A DNA stretch of 54,898 nt, from positions 1 through 54,898 of the forward strand of contig CAYMLW010000001.1 of assembly GCA_964391035.1 (NCBI GenBank), given 5' to 3'. Below are positions 1 to 7,972 of this stretch, piece by piece. A program made the position numbers and the translations under genes. The notes under the pieces are model-generated. The model was not told the origin of the DNA and did no database searches. It saw only the letters and a list, made by a program, of their open reading frames with translations. How positions within the stretch are numbered: position 1 is the stretch's first letter; every line of letters begins with the position of its first letter. This DNA comes from an uncultured Gemmatimonadaceae bacterium (lineage in GTDB: Bacteria > Gemmatimonadota > Gemmatimonadetes > Longimicrobiales > RSA9).

Positions 1-75
1 AACGTGGACCCCAGGCCGGGACGTGGGCCCGCGACGAAAGTCCGCCGCTCCACCCCATCGCAGCGCCCCGCAGCG

Positions 76-495
76 TCAGGCCGCCGCGGCCTCCGCCGGC
101 TGCTCGATCCGGACCGCTACCTCCGCGCCCTCCACCAGCGTGTGATGCGCAGGGCAGCTCCGGGCCACACGCTCCAGGATCGACTCGTACTCCGCCGGTA
201 CCGGCTCCGGCAGCTTCACACCCACCTCGAACGTCCCGATCCGGTTCGGGCTCCGGGCCCCGACCATCCCCACTTCCACGCGCATCCCCTCGTGTGGGAT
301 GCCCCGCGAATGACAGAACTGCTGCACGTACAGCGCCACACAGCTCCCGATCGACGCCCCCATCAGCTCCAGAGGCGTGGGCGCCTCGTCCCGACCGGGA
401 CCCGGCTGATCCACGAGCACACGGTGCCCGCGGATATCCGTGGCGAACTTGAGCCCGCCCTCATGCGTCACGACCATCGGTGTATTCCCTGCCAT
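76..495 (-). CDS. OsmC/Ohr-family peroxiredoxin-like protein (140 aa)
   Basis: C-terminal 140 codons of track ORF 76..666. ATG at 495 is preceded by GGAGGGTGGAG (Shine-Dalgarno); the upstream 57 codons are Arg/Gly-rich junk. MAGNTPMVVTHEGGLKFATDIRGH...IGSCVALY...ARSCPAHHTL fits the OsmC fold with two conserved Cys. Confidence 0.85.
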   Translation of the reverse strand: MAGNTPMVVTHEGGLKFATDIRGHRVLVDQPGPGRDEAPTPLELMGASIGSCVALYVQQFCHSRGIPHEGMRVEVGMVGARSPNRIGTFEVGVKLPEPVPAEYESILERVARSCPAHHTLVEGAEVAVRIEQPAEAAAA

Positions 496-510
496 GCTCC
501 ACCCTCCGCC

Positions 511-543
511 ATAAAGTAGTAATCTATCATACAGTATAATAAG
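511..543. promoter_or_regulatory. AT-rich patch upstream of the OsmC gene (probable promoter/operator)
   Basis: ataaagtagtaatctatcatacagtataataag is a ~33-nt AT-rich island in an otherwise very GC-rich sequence, 16 nt upstream of the OsmC ATG. It contains a TATAAT hexamer on the + strand and TACTTT/TTATAC-like hexamers on the - strand. The exact promoter elements are not resolved. Confidence 0.35.
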
Positions 544-760
544 GGAGGTGGGAGGCTCGCCAGGCCCCACCTCTGGGTGCCGCCGCCGTCCCCCATCCCG
601 GCCTCTCGCCAACAGGAGACGATCTCTGCTGCGCGATGAAGTCCGATCCCACCGCCCCCCGGACACTCGTCGCGTCCGTCGCGTCGTCGCGGTCCCTTCG
701 ATGTTGGCCTTCGCGTCGTCGCGGTTCGGGGGCGTCGGGGCGCCCGGGCGGAGGTCCGTT

Positions 761-1831
761 CTACTGGTACTGGATGTAGACCGGCATGGGGTCGAGCTCG
801 AGGATCTCGTCGGGTGTCATGAGGCGGGAGCCGCCGCGGAGGTCGTTCTTGAAGAAGACCTTGAAGCCGGTGAACTGGTCGGCCTCCGGCGCGACGATAT
901 CGGTGTAGGCGCGGCGTTTGTTGGGCGGAGCCCCCCAGCCGTCCATGTTGATGACCACCTGGACGCGGGGATCGACTCGAATGTTCTCGGCGTTGCGGAT
1001 CATGCCCTGGGTGAAGCGGTGCACGACGAGGACCTTCGGGGGGAGGTCGTGCTCCTCGACGATCTCGGCGAGGAAACCGATGGCGTGGTTGATGGCGTCG
1101 GCATCCATGGCTCCGATGCGTGTGCCGGGGCGGACGCCGGCGGGCATGGTCCACTCGGGGTCGAGGGCCAGGTGGATGTGGGGTCGGGTGAGCCATTTCC
1201 GGAGCCGGGGCAGCTCCTTCCGTACGGTGCTCTGTCCGGGCTGGATATCGAGGAAGACGAGAGCGTTCCTTCGCTCGGCCCAGTCGACCACGGTTTCGAT
1301 GCGCCAGTCGGGCATCCGCAGGCGGAACAGGCTGTCGCGTCCCGGGTCGCCGGTGGCCATGACCGCGATCATGTGGAGCGCCGGGCGGACCGGCACGCCG
1401 GGATCCGCCCGTCGCCATCTCGCCACTTCACGGTCGAGCCGGGCGAGCATCTCGTCGGGTGGCAGCTCGCCCAGGATGCCCATGTTCTTCGAGGCCGGGT
1501 TGCCGTAGAAGGCCACGATCCGGTTCCAGGGCAGGACCGCGCCGGGAAGGACGGGCACCGTGGGGCGGGGGCGGGCCCGGGGCCGGGGCGTCGGCTCCGG
1601 TTCGGGCTCGACGTCCGGCTCCGGCTCCACCTCCGGCTCCGGCTCCACCTCCGGCGCTGGCCTCTCCGGCTCCGCGACCGTATCCGACGGCTCCACCACC
1701 ACCGGCTCCCCCACGGGCCCCATCGTGTCCGGCGGCGGCGCGGGCTGCGCCGGCGGCGGCGCCCGTCCGCACGCGCCCACCGCTACCAGAAGGGCCAGTG
1801 CCCAACGCGCCGCGTCTCTCGAATTCCTCAC
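761..1831 (-). CDS. Secreted lipoprotein of unknown function with a Pro/Glu-rich repeat linker
   Basis: Track ORF 761..1876. Lipobox LVAVGA|C. The in-frame GTG at 1831 gives a 21-aa signal peptide, so the start is either 1831 or 1876. A PEVEPEPEVEPEPDVEPEPEP linker is followed by a ~270-aa globular domain ending PMPVYIQYQ. GC3 is high. Confidence 0.7.
   Translation of the reverse strand: MRNSRDAARWALALLVAVGACGRAPPPAQPAPPPDTMGPVGEPVVVEPSDTVAEPERPAPEVEPEPEVEPEPDVEPEPEPTPRPRARPRPTVPVLPGAVLPWNRIVAFYGNPASKNMGILGELPPDEMLARLDREVARWRRADPGVPVRPALHMIAVMATGDPGRDSLFRLRMPDWRIETVVDWAERRNALVFLDIQPGQSTVRKELPRLRKWLTRPHIHLALDPEWTMPAGVRPGTRIGAMDADAINHAIGFLAEIVEEHDLPPKVLVVHRFTQGMIRNAENIRVDPRVQVVINMDGWGAPPNKRRAYTDIVAPEADQFTGFKVFFKNDLRGGSRLMTPDEILELDPMPVYIQYQ
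1592..1656. repeat. Tandem 18-nt repeat (ccggctccggctccacct) encoding the (EVEPEP)n linker
   Basis: Two perfect 18-nt units at 1615-1632 and 1633-1650, with degenerate copies on both sides. It lies inside the lipoprotein gene. Confidence 0.8.
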
Positions 1832-1926
1832 CGAACCTGTCCCTTGTTCCGATTCGTTCAACGGTCCCGGGACCACGGTGCAACAACCGGGCGAGCCCCG
1901 GCGTTCCCCTTTCGCGCCGGCCGGCG

Positions 1927-1951
1927 ATTGATCAATCTACAACTGTACAGT
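1927..1951 (+). promoter_or_regulatory. Two perfect 10-bp palindromes (ATTGATCAAT, ACTGTACAGT) upstream of the ArsR gene; candidate operator
   Basis: ATTGATCAAT lies at 1927-1936 and ACTGTACAGT at 1942-1951, in an AT-rich patch 19 nt upstream of the ArsR-family ATG (1970). ArsR/SmtB repressors typically autoregulate through inverted repeats overlapping their promoter. Confidence 0.45.
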
Positions 1952-1969
1952 AGAACAACGGAGGCCCGG

Positions 1970-2308
1970 ATGGGACACGAGACCGGCAACCTGTCGCCGG
2001 AGCTGATGGAGCTGGTGGCGGATCGCTTCAAGGCGTTGGGCGAGCCGGCCCGGCTCCAGATCCTCCAGGCGCTGCGGGCCGGCGAGCGGACGGTGTCGAG
2101 CCTGGTGGAGGCAACGGGACTCGGCCAGGCCAATGTTTCGAAGCACCTGCAGCTCCTGCACGGTCTGGGATTCGTGGATCGGCGCAAGGACGGCCTGTAC
2201 GTCCATTACCGGCTGGCGGGAGAGGATGTCTTCCGGATCTGCGACCTGATGTGCGGCCGGATCGAGGAGGAGGCGGAGCGTCGACGGGACGTTGTCCAGG
2301 GACGGTAG
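1970..2308 (+). CDS. ArsR/SmtB-family transcriptional regulator (112 aa)
   Basis: Last 112 codons of track ORF 548..2308. ATG 1970 is preceded by ACGGAGG. FKALGEPARLQILQALRAGERTVSSLVEATGLGQANVSKHLQLLHGLGFV is a classic ArsR winged-HTH. Confidence 0.9.
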   Translation: MGHETGNLSPELMELVADRFKALGEPARLQILQALRAGERTVSSLVEATGLGQANVSKHLQLLHGLGFVDRRKDGLYVHYRLAGEDVFRICDLMCGRIEEEAERRRDVVQGR

Positions 2309-2460
2309 CCCGGTCCGATCCCCAGCTGTCGATCCCTGGTGGGCCGTCTCCCAGGACTGGTGAGCAACGACCCGGCTCGGGGTGCATACGCGCTCGAGAT
2401 GCCATCGTTTCTCCAGAGACGGTCCACCCAGCACGTCGTGGTTCAGAGGGCGGCCCGGCG

Positions 2461-3051
2461 CTACCGATCGTCGAGCGCTCCGGACAGGCACTCTCGCCAC
2501 TCTGCGTCGGCCTTGATCCGCTGGAGTGCGCGGCGGACAATGACCTCGTTGCCCGGACCGATGACCTTCCAGTACCGGATGAACTGACGCCTCGCCTCCT
2601 CGTCTGTGGCCTCGATTCTGGCTTCGTAGCGCAGGACCGAATCGTCGTAGCCCCGGGGGTCGACGCGGGAGGAGACGGCGAGCTTGAGGTAGCCGGGCTC
2701 GTCGAAGTCCCGGAACTCATCGGGCGCGACGTCCCGGGCCCCGTAGTCGCGACGCCAGAACCGCCCGACCGCGCCCAGGACCAGCTCCCGGTCTTCCTCC
2801 TCCGCCAGGGTGATCCACCCCGGGCCGACGTCGGGGATGTTCCGGAACGAGATGTTCTCCCTCTTCCTGCCGCCGCCGAAACCCCGGGCCAGGACATTGG
2901 GCAGGTCCCGAACCGCGAAGAGGGTGGAGATGACGGGGTCCCGGAGATCCGATTCCTTGATGGAGGCCATGACCGCCGCGGGCACGGCCTCCACGTCGAT
3001 CTCGCGCAGCTCGACGAAGTCGGGCTCGGGGATGAAGCGGTCGATCAACAT
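2461..3051 (-). CDS. Conserved hypothetical protein (possibly SRPBCC/START-like fold)
   Basis: Track ORF 2461..3051, 196 aa. GAGGAG RBS before the ATG. It starts 15 nt downstream of the Trx-VKOR gene stop, so probably shares its operon. Coding-type composition. The fold assignment is tentative. Confidence 0.6.
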   Translation of the reverse strand: MLIDRFIPEPDFVELREIDVEAVPAAVMASIKESDLRDPVISTLFAVRDLPNVLARGFGGGRKRENISFRNIPDVGPGWITLAEEEDRELVLGAVGRFWRRDYGARDVAPDEFRDFDEPGYLKLAVSSRVDPRGYDDSVLRYEARIEATDEEARRQFIRYWKVIGPGNEVIVRRALQRIKADAEWRECLSGALDDR

Positions 3052-3066
3052 GGGGGGCTCCTCTCT

Positions 3067-4530
3067 CTATGGAATCGAGTGCGACACCGCCGCCGTCGCG
3101 CGGCCGGCTCGCCGCTCGGGCGTCGCGGCCAGCAGGATCAGGGTGGTGATCACGGCCGACGTGAGGCACCAGGCGCAGGTCGCGCCGATGACGAACGGCT
3201 CCAGGAACGTCAGGTACACCGAGAACAGCACGGCCCCGAGGGCGAGGATCCAGAGCGGCATCCGCGCCGCCCCACGCATCGCCGCTGATCCGCCGCGGAC
3301 CAGGGCCCAGGCGGCCAGGAGCACGACGTAGCCGACGAGCCCCAGGCCTCCCACGGGGATCGCCCCGAAGAGGGTGGCGTACGGGCTCTGCTGGACCGTG
3401 TTGCAGTCTCCTACCGGTCCACAGACCGCCTCCATACCCGTGACCTCGATGTAGGTCAGGTACGCCGCGACGCCCACGCCCACGAACGCCAGCACGGGGA
3501 CCGTCCAACCCGGCCATCGCGGGATCCGGATCCGGCCGGCCACGTCCGCCCCCACCAGCCCGAGGGCCGCCAGCATCAGGATCAACACCACCACCGACAT
3601 CGCATTGCCGGTCGGATCGAGAAGGAACCGGTCTGTCATGCTCAACGTGTGGGCGACCTCCCCGTCGAACGCCACCACCAGATCGTCGCCCGTCGGGGCC
3701 GGCGGCGGGGCACCCGACCCGGCCGCGGCCTCGCCCGGAGCGGCTGCCCCCACGCCCTCCGCGGCTCCTCCCACGCCCTCCGCGGCGACCTCCGTCGGGA
3801 CGCGCTCCCCTGAGGCGGAGCCGTCCGACACGGACTCCGCGGCGACGACTGCCCCCTCTTCGGCTCCCGCCGGGAGGGCCTCTTCGGTGTCCGGCGTTCC
3901 CACGGTGCGTCCCTGCGCCGCGATCGGCTCCGGCTCGGATGGTTCTGCGCCGGCTTCCGCTTCCGATCTCTCCGGGTCCGGTGTCGCAGCGACACGCGAC
4001 CGGGGCCCGGCCTCCTCGTCGGGCGCTTCCGCGGGGTCAGCCGGGGCGTCGGACGGGCCCTGGACCGCGAGAGCCTGCTGGATCAGCGGCACGTCGGGCC
4101 AGTCGATTCCATCGGCCTCGAGTGCCCGGTCCACGATCCCCGGGAGCAGCTCCGGGATCTCGAGGGCGCCCACCAGGGTTCGGGACCCCACCAGGAGGGT
4201 GGGGACGCCGATCCGGGAGCGGGGGAGCTGGTGGTGTTCGATCGTGGCCCGGTACAGCACCTGCCCGCCGGGCGTCGCGGTGTTGACCGCGGCGATCTGG
4301 AGCTGTGTCCCGTAGCGCGCCAGCACCGGCGGCAGCGTCTCGGTCATGACCTCCCGGCAGTGCGGACAGCCCGGCGAGTAGAAGAGGACGCCGCGCACCA
4401 CGGGCTGTGCCCGGACCGCCGGATCCGCCGTAGCGGGTGGCGCACCCGCGTTGGCTGGTGCCGGATCCTGGGCAGGCAGCGCGCCGGGAAGCAGGCACCC
4501 CAGCACGAGGGCGATTGCGCGTCTGTTCAT
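3067..4530 (-). CDS. Thioredoxin-like (CPHC) domain fused to a vitamin K epoxide reductase (VKOR) membrane domain
   Basis: Track ORF 3067..4530. Signal peptide MNRRAIALVLGCLLPGALPAQ. Trx-like YSPGCPHCREV. A ~125-aa Ala/Glu/Pro-rich linker. C-terminal multi-TM domain with VKOR loop cysteines (VCGPVGDCNTVQQSPYA) and the active-site CAWC. Confidence 0.85.
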   Translation of the reverse strand: MNRRAIALVLGCLLPGALPAQDPAPANAGAPPATADPAVRAQPVVRGVLFYSPGCPHCREVMTETLPPVLARYGTQLQIAAVNTATPGGQVLYRATIEHHQLPRSRIGVPTLLVGSRTLVGALEIPELLPGIVDRALEADGIDWPDVPLIQQALAVQGPSDAPADPAEAPDEEAGPRSRVAATPDPERSEAEAGAEPSEPEPIAAQGRTVGTPDTEEALPAGAEEGAVVAAESVSDGSASGERVPTEVAAEGVGGAAEGVGAAAPGEAAAGSGAPPPAPTGDDLVVAFDGEVAHTLSMTDRFLLDPTGNAMSVVVLILMLAALGLVGADVAGRIRIPRWPGWTVPVLAFVGVGVAAYLTYIEVTGMEAVCGPVGDCNTVQQSPYATLFGAIPVGGLGLVGYVVLLAAWALVRGGSAAMRGAARMPLWILALGAVLFSVYLTFLEPFVIGATCAWCLTSAVITTLILLAATPERRAGRATAAVSHSIP

Positions 4531-4749
4531 CGTCTCTCCTTGCCCGGCCGGAGACCGGGCCGCTTCGACGCGGGTGGGACTGGTCTGGAACCTAACACCC
4601 CGACCCGCTTCCCTCTATCGGGTCATCCCCCACAGGAATGCCGGTCACTCCCCGACAGACCGCGAGACCCGGATGTGTACCTTGACGGGCCGGGCCTTCG
4701 CCGAGGAGGTTACGGCGCGGTTTCGGATCTCGATCGAGGAGCGGAATTG

Positions 4750-5961
4750 ATGGAAACACAACGGTATCTGGAAGAGGCCGAGCGGTACAGCGCCCACAAC
4801 TACCATCCCCTGCCGGTGGTGCTCACCCGCGGCGAGGGCATCTGGGTGTGGGATGTGAACGGGAATCGGTACCTGGACATGCTCTCGGCGTACTCGGCGG
4901 TGAACCAGGGTCACGCCCATCCCAGGATCGTGCAGGCACTGATCGACCAGGCGCAGCGCCTGCCGCTGACGTCCCGGGCTTTCCACAACGACCGGATGGG
5001 TCCATTCCTCCGGAGACTGTGCGAGCTCTCCGGCTACGAGAAGGCCCTGCCGATGAACACCGGGGCCGAGGCCGTCGAGACCGCCATCAAGGCCGTCCGG
5101 AAGTGGGCCTACGAGGTGAAGGGCGTGCCCGAGGACCGGGCCGAAATCCTGGTCTTCAGCGGCAACTTCCACGGTCGTACGACCACGGTCATCAGCTTCT
5201 CGGCCGACGAGCTCTACAAGAAGCACTTCGGGCCACTCACTCCCGGCTTCCGCATCCTCCCGTACGGCGATCTGGGCGCCGTCCGGACCGCGATGAACGA
5301 CCATGTGGCCGCAATACTGGTCGAGCCGATCCAGGGCGAAGCCGGCGTCGTCGTCCCGCCAGACGGATTCCTCCAGGGGCTCCGCTCCCTGTGCGACGAC
5401 CACGGTGCCGCCCTCATCGCCGACGAGATCCAGACCGGCCTCGGCCGGACCGGCCGCCTCTTCGCCTGCGACTGGGACGACGTGCGCCCCGATGTCATGA
5501 TCGTCGGCAAGGCCCTCGGCGGCGGCGTCTATCCCGTCTCCGCCATCATGGCCGACAGCGAGATCATGGACGTCTTCACTCCGGGTACCCATGGCTCTAC
5601 ATTCGGCGGCAACCCGACGGGCGCCGCCGTGGGCATCGCGGCTCTCGACGTTATCGTCGATGAGAACCTCGCCGAGCGGGCGAACGAGCTGGGGAACTGG
5701 TTCATGGACGAGCTGCGCAGGATCGACTCACCGGCGATTCTCGAAGTCCGTGGTCGCGGCCTGATGGTCGGGGTGGTCCTGAACACCGCCGCCAGACCCT
5801 ACTGCGAGGCCCTTCAGGCACGAGGCATGCTCGCGAAGGAGACCCACGAGAACGTGGTCCGCTTCGCGCCACCGCTCATCATCGAGAAGGAGCAACTGGA
5901 AGCGGTGCTCCCGGACATCCGGGATGTGCTGAGCCAGGTGCCGGCGGCGGTTACCGCGTAG
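4750..5961 (+). CDS. rocD: Ornithine aminotransferase (class III PLP aminotransferase)
   Basis: ATG at 4750 within track ORF 4231..5961. YSAHNYHPLPVVLTRGEGIWVWDVNGNRYLDMLSAYSAVNQGHAHPRI... and ...DEIQTGLGRTGRLFACDW...VGKALGGG are diagnostic of OAT-type aminotransferases. Confidence 0.9.
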   Translation: METQRYLEEAERYSAHNYHPLPVVLTRGEGIWVWDVNGNRYLDMLSAYSAVNQGHAHPRIVQALIDQAQRLPLTSRAFHNDRMGPFLRRLCELSGYEKALPMNTGAEAVETAIKAVRKWAYEVKGVPEDRAEILVFSGNFHGRTTTVISFSADELYKKHFGPLTPGFRILPYGDLGAVRTAMNDHVAAILVEPIQGEAGVVVPPDGFLQGLRSLCDDHGAALIADEIQTGLGRTGRLFACDWDDVRPDVMIVGKALGGGVYPVSAIMADSEIMDVFTPGTHGSTFGGNPTGAAVGIAALDVIVDENLAERANELGNWFMDELRRIDSPAILEVRGRGLMVGVVLNTAARPYCEALQARGMLAKETHENVVRFAPPLIIEKEQLEAVLPDIRDVLSQVPAAVTA

Positions 5962-5974
5962 GCGGCCGCACCAC

Positions 5975-6009
5975 GGGGGCGGGGATCAGACACCCCGCCC
6001 TCTTTTCTT
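5975..6009 (+). terminator. Rho-independent terminator after rocD
   Basis: GC stem GGGCGGGG (5977-5984) pairs with CCCCGCCC (5993-6000), with an 8-nt loop. It is followed by TCTTTTCTT, 14 nt after the rocD stop. Confidence 0.65.
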
Positions 6010-6062
6010 GGCCTGGCCCTGTTCGTAACGGAAAGGTCATTGAACCATCACGAAACGGTAAC

Positions 6063-7241
6063 GTGAGTTCACCCGTGTCGTCGCCCCGACCCCCGGTGGC
6101 CGAGCGCCAGTGGCTCGACCACGCCGGCGTCCGCGCCCTGGCCGTGCTTCTGCTGCTGTACACCTTCCTGGTCGGGGTCAACGGACTGGGGAGCGGGTTC
6201 AGGCTGCTCAGCCAGGATTTCCTGGAGAACTTCTTCACGGCCACGGCGAACCCCTTCGTGGGACTCATGGTGGGGATCCTCGCGACGACGCTGGTCCAGA
6301 GCTCGTCGGTCACGACTTCCCTCATCGTGGGCCTGGTGGCGGCCCCGGAGAACCCGCTCCCGGTGGCGAACGCGATCCCGATGGTCATGGGCGCCAACAT
6401 CGGCACGACCGTGACCAACACGATCGCGTCCATGGCCCATATCGGCTGGAAGCAGGAGTTCCGCCGGGCGTTCGCCGTCGCCACCTGCCACGACTTCTTC
6501 AACTACCTGGCCGTCCTGATCCTGCTGCCGGTGGAGCTGCTGACGGGCTACCTCGGCCGCTCGGCGACGGCGCTGACCGGTCTCCTGGGCGGGCTGAGCG
6601 GCGCCGAGTACGAGAGTCCGATCAAGGGGGCGATCAAGGCCGGCGGGAGGCCCATCCAGGACCTGATCCATGTGGTGACGCCGTCGGAGGGCTGGGCGGC
6701 CACGCTGTACATCTTCGTCAGCGGGGCCATCATCTTCCTGAGCCTCATGGGCATCGTGTCGGTGATGCGCTCGGCCATGAAGAGCCGGGTCGAACGGCTG
6801 GTGACCCGGGCCTTCGGTAACCGGGCCGTGATCGCCATGCTCGTGGGCATCGTGGCGACGGTGATGGTCCAGTCCAGCTCCATCACGACATCCCTGCTCG
6901 TGCCCCTCGCCGGCGCAGGCGTCCTCACGCTGCCCCAGGCCTTCCCGATCACTCTCGGAGCCAACGTGGGCACGACGGTCACGGCCTTGCTCGCGGCGCT
7001 GGCCGCCACCGGCGAGCATGCCGCGGCCGGTCTGACCATCGCCCTCGTTCACCTGCTCTTCAACGTGTCCGCGATCCTGTTGATCTACCCCGCGGAGCGC
7101 ATTCGCAACCTGCCACTCGCGGCCGCCCGTACGCTGGCCGATCTGGCCACCCGGTCGAAGACGCTGGCCATCCTGTACGTGCTCGCGCTCTTCTACGGGG
7201 TCCCCGCTCTCTTCGCTATCTTCGGCCACGCCTTCGGATAG
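6063..7241 (+). CDS. Na+/phosphate cotransporter family protein (NptA/YjbB-like membrane domain)
   Basis: Track ORF 6063..7241 (GTG start). Duplicated motif QSSSVTTSLIVGL...GANIGTTVTN / QSSSITTSLLVPL...GANVGTTVTA is typical of the Na/Pi cotransporter repeat. Confidence 0.85.
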   Translation: MSSPVSSPRPPVAERQWLDHAGVRALAVLLLLYTFLVGVNGLGSGFRLLSQDFLENFFTATANPFVGLMVGILATTLVQSSSVTTSLIVGLVAAPENPLPVANAIPMVMGANIGTTVTNTIASMAHIGWKQEFRRAFAVATCHDFFNYLAVLILLPVELLTGYLGRSATALTGLLGGLSGAEYESPIKGAIKAGGRPIQDLIHVVTPSEGWAATLYIFVSGAIIFLSLMGIVSVMRSAMKSRVERLVTRAFGNRAVIAMLVGIVATVMVQSSSITTSLLVPLAGAGVLTLPQAFPITLGANVGTTVTALLAALAATGEHAAAGLTIALVHLLFNVSAILLIYPAERIRNLPLAAARTLADLATRSKTLAILYVLALFYGVPALFAIFGHAFG

Positions 7242-7251
7242 GAGGAACCTG

Positions 7252-7956
7252 ATGTTGCGTGAACTGCTGGACCTATTCCGATCCAATGACGCCATCTCGG
7301 AGATGGGCGACGACTTCCAGGAGATGATGCAGCTCGCGATCGAGCTCACGCTGGAGGCGGGGGCCCACTTCTTCGACACGCCGCCCACGCCCGAGGACCG
7401 GACGTCGGTATCGAAGCGTGACATCCGGTTGAACAAGCTGGAGCGAAGCATCCGGAAACAGGTGATCACGCATCTGACCCTGGGTGAGGACACTGGCCGC
7501 GAGGCACCCTACTGCCTGCTCCTCATGAGTCTCGTGAAGGACGTCGAGCGCATCGGCGACTACTGCAAGAATCTGGTCGAGATCTACGATGAGGGCGGCG
7601 GCCCGATCCCCGACGACGAGAACGGCGCGGAGCTCCGTGAGATCCGGGCCGAGGTCGAGGCTTCCCTCACGGCCATCGACAACGTCTTCAGCACGTCGGA
7701 CACCGAGGCGGCCCTCGGCCTCATGCGGCGGGGACGGGAGGTGAACCGCAGGTGTGACATGCTGGTCTCCCGGGTCGCACGAAGCCAGTACGACGCTTCG
7801 AGGACGACCACCATGGTCCTGGGGGCCCGCTACTACAAGCGGATCCAGTCCCACCTGCTCAATATCCTCTCCGGCGTGATCATGCCGCTCCACAAGCTGG
7901 ACTACTACGACGAGCGGCTCCTCCCGGGCGGGGAGTACGCGGACGAGGAGGCGTAG
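7252..7956 (+). CDS. PhoU-domain protein (split-off regulatory half of YjbB-type Na/Pi transporters)
   Basis: Track ORF 7252..7956. GGAGGA RBS, 10 nt after the transporter stop. PhoU-like motifs IRLNKLERSIRKQVITHL and DVERIGDYCKNLVEI. Confidence 0.75.
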   Translation: MLRELLDLFRSNDAISEMGDDFQEMMQLAIELTLEAGAHFFDTPPTPEDRTSVSKRDIRLNKLERSIRKQVITHLTLGEDTGREAPYCLLLMSLVKDVERIGDYCKNLVEIYDEGGGPIPDDENGAELREIRAEVEASLTAIDNVFSTSDTEAALGLMRRGREVNRRCDMLVSRVARSQYDASRTTTMVLGARYYKRIQSHLLNILSGVIMPLHKLDYYDERLLPGGEYADEEA

Positions 7957-7972
7957 CGGCCGCCGGACCGGT

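Noticed and set aside
511-543. Possible LexA (SOS) box, because the AT-rich patch contains TACTGTAT.
   Set aside because: The second half-site (ACAG at the correct 8-nt spacing) is absent and the sequence is not palindromic.
548-1969. N-terminal ~470 codons of the 586-aa track ORF 548..2308, and other long ORFs over the same region (468..1418, 918..1508, 1428..1886, 1459..1953).
   Set aside because: They are Arg/Gly/Pro-rich shadow frames antisense to or overlapping the lipoprotein gene 761-1831. Only the last 112 codons (the ArsR regulator) have an RBS and a recognisable fold.
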